Shown: positions 61,051 through 64,000 of the stretch, one piece after another
Position numbering within the stretch: position 1 is the stretch's first letter
Layout of the letters: the number at the start of each line of letters is the position of its first letter
NCBI GenBank assembly: GCA_964187785.1
Contig: OZ076409.1
Span: forward strand, 88,662,001-88,726,000
Reading direction: 5' to 3'
DNA length: 64,000 bases
Source: Amphiscolops sp. MND2022
Taxonomy: Eukaryota
Program-made: the position numbers and the translations under genes
The notes under the pieces: generated by a model
What the model was told of the DNA's origin: nothing
Database searches by the model: none
The model's input: only the letters and a program-made list of their open reading frames with translations

Positions 61051-64000
61051 AACAAGCCGGGAACGGCCCAAGTCGGCGCCATATCTAAGGCTCAAAAATA
61101 GCAAAAGGACTTCAAAGTGTCAAGTATTCTCTTCTACAGTACCCACATGAGGAAAAAATTGAAAAAAGTCCATTTTTTCGAAGTTTTTTCAAAATTTTTT
61201 TGGTCTCCGATAAGTCGCATAGTGCCGAAAAATGTAGAAGGGGACCTCAAAAAAGCGTAATTAAACTCTATCTCAAGTGCCAGTAGAAGTAGTGTGGCAT
61301 TTAGTGTTAGTTCAAGTCAGCTTATAAAGCTTATAAAATCTGTCACTTCGTTGTTCTTAAAAAATTTTAAAAAAGAAAAGTCGCTGCTATAGTCTGCATT
61401 TTTCTACGAAAAAGCGTCGACTAAAAAAGGTCACTGCTATAGTCTGCGTTTTCTACGAAAAGCGCCGACTAAAAACCACCAAATTGTACAAAAATTCGTG
61501 CCCATCAAGCGACCTCAAAATACGTGGCTCCAAAAATGTCCCTAATACTACCCGGACCAATGATGAAACCAAAAATCAAAAACGTTTTCAAAATTCGAGG
61601 GGATTTGGGCGAACCATCGAATGCAACGTTCAACGAGACGGGAACGTCTAAAGTCGGCGCTATGTCTAAGGCTCAGAAAGCGCAGTTTTTTAAATATGCG
61701 CAGGACGTTTTCTTGAAAAACTCCGGTTTTCGAAGCTCCACCTCCTCCTCAGTAAAACGCAATCCAGTTCGGATATAGCGTCAAAAATTCGGATCATCCG
61801 CTATACGGATCATCCGCTATATGATATAGCGCTTTACTCTGGAAATTTCGTCAAAATTTCGGATGATATTGAAAAATTCATTGTGAGTACATATTGATAA
61901 AATTTAATTTCAGACGAAAAATATTCATATTGAAACAGTCTCATGAAGCCGAAACATGTAGAAAGGGAGACCCCTGGGCAATTTGAAACTCCAGTTTGTT
62001 GCAAAATATCTGAAACGGGGACCTTTCGGAGCCACGAAATTTTTCGAAAAGTCTCAGAGTGCCGAAAAAAATGAAAAGGCGAACCTTCAGTCTCGTCCGT
62101 TTCCGCAAATGCACGAAGTTTTTGGCTGAAGCAGGGAATCGAATCCGCGGCCGCCGGGTTCCTCCTCAACCGATTAAAGTCTGTACTAAAAGTGGTACAT
62201 ACACTGCGAGCTGAAAAAACTAGTCACTGTAATAGTCGGGCACTCTTCACCAGAAAAGCGCCGACTAAGAACACAGGAGCTGAGGTTTTCGATCGCAATT
62301 TTCAAATGGATTGAAATTGCTAAATCATCAGTGCTGAGTTGTTAGTCGGCGTTTTTCTAGCGAAAAGTGCCCGACTTTTACAGTGGCTAGTTTTTAGTCG
62401 GCGCCTTTTCCTTTAAGGAAAAAAGCCTGACTATTACAGTGGCTAGTTTTTTTTCGTCAGACCACAGAGCTCATCGCGTATGTACCACTTTTTACGGAAA
62501 CTGATAAGACTACTCAGGCAAAGTCAGGCTAATTGAAACTTAGTGAAAAGGGTCCCCCCTTTCATTTTTTACTTTTTTTTACTTAACCTACAAAACCGGA
62601 AGAGACCAAAGGGTCCCTCCTTTCAATTTTTTTTCGGCACTGTGCGAAATTTTTTTCGAAAATTTTTCAAGGTCTCAAAAGAGTCCCCCCTTTGAGTTTT
62701 TGATATTTTGCAACAGAATGTATGTTAATGAATCCCAAAGGGTCCCCCTTTTCATTTTTCGGCACTATGCGACATTTTCGAAGTTTTTTCCAATAAAAAT
62801 TTCAAATTTTATTTTGTTCCCAGTCGGGAAACAGTGATTTTCCAGTCATATCGAGCATGAAAGGCACACTTTGGGTGTCTCGAAAGTGTTTTCAAAGCTT
62901 TTCATGAATACGTCCTGAGCATATTTAGAAAACTTTGCGCTTCTTGAGCCTTAGATATAGCGCCGACTTTAGACGTTCCCGTCTTGTTGAAGTTTTTCGT
63001 TTGTAAAAACGTTTAATGAGCCTAAATGTCCTCTTTTTGAGTTTTTCGGCATTATGCGGCTTTAAAGAAAAACTTTTTTTGAAAAAAATTAATTCTTTCC
63101 AAATGTTTCCAATAGTTGTTCCTTGAACATTTTTGAGCCTTAGATATGGCGCCGACTTGGGACGTTCCCGTCTTGTTTTTTTTTCGTCAGACTACAATCT
63201 CACTCTGATTGGGCCACTTTTCTTACAATCGAAACTACTAAAACTACTACCATAATGCCAAGTCCGGTCAGCGGAAATTAGTGCAAAAGGGTTTCCCCTT
63301 TCATTTTTTACTTTTTTAACGTAACCTACAAAACCGGATGAGACTAAAGGGTCCCCCCTTTTGATTTTTTTCGGCATTGTGGGACTTTTTTCGAAAATTT
63401 TTTAATGTCTCAAAAGAGTCCCCCTTTCGAGTTTTTTGATATTTTGCAACAGAATATATGTTAATAAAGCTCAAAGGGTCCCCCCTTTTTTATTTTGCGG
63501 CACTATGCGACATTTTCTGAAAGTCTTTTGCGCTTTTTGAGCATTTGATATAGCACCGACTTTAGACGTTCCCGTCTTGTTTTTTATTACGTTGTAATTC
63601 GATTTTTTTCTGACATCACTGGGTATAGCATAACAACTTAGTACCGAACGAAGACTTTTCAGAGAATATTGTCAGGTGATAAACGTTTCAAAGCAGATTT
63701 TTTCGAGTTGAAGGCAAAGTTTTTTGATACAATACAATTCAAAAGTAGTTTATACAGAATAACAAGCCGGGACCGGCTCAAATCGGCGCCATATCTAAGA
63801 CTCAAAAATAGCAAAAGGACTTCAAAGTATCAAAGTATTCTTTTCTACAATACCTGAAAAAGCCAAAAAGTTGGACCGAATTGCCGGGCGACCCTTTCGC
63901 ATTTTTTCAACTTCCATTGTTGCAAAACATCAAAAAATTGAAAGGGGGACCCTTTGGTGACTTTTTTTCGAAAAAAGTCCCACAATGCCGAAAAACTGTA
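61051..64000. mobile_element. Cluster of adjacent HINE-like family A copies (61051-61475 -, 61631-62269 -, 62342-62988 +, ~62990-63180 +, ~63180-63583 +, 63761-end -)
   Basis: Repeated AGTCGGCGC / GCGCCGACT termini and 3' ...GTTCCCGTCTTGTT ends in both orientations. Confidence 0.7.

Overview
AT-rich, transposon-dense eukaryotic (animal) genomic DNA with spliceosomal introns. 1-8844 is the right arm of a Maverick/Polinton (adintovirus-like) element: a basic virion protein, major capsid protein, adenain protease, a protein-primed PolB interrupted by two short GT-AG introns, a structured 2-kb non-coding arm, and an ...ACTACT terminus. 10298-33630 is the 3' part of an axonemal dynein heavy chain gene (DNAH12-like, 27 exon positions, all splice phases consistent). 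It contains a pair of tandem, apparently mutually exclusive 141-nt exons (19024-19164 / 19217-19357) and a candidate extra cassette exon at 9160-9309. The Maverick probably sits in an intron of this gene. The introns hold hAT, piggyBac-type, SINE-like and Helentron-like (HINE) elements. Downstream are two decayed Mag-like Ty3/Gypsy LTR retrotransposons (35357-41410, 50214-55170), two diverged copies of a CGTCA-rich TATA/Inr promoter cassette, and a 4-exon orphan gene on the minus strand (56711-45566) encoding a 197-aa single-pass membrane protein. Family assignments rest on motif recognition by eye; no database searches were run.
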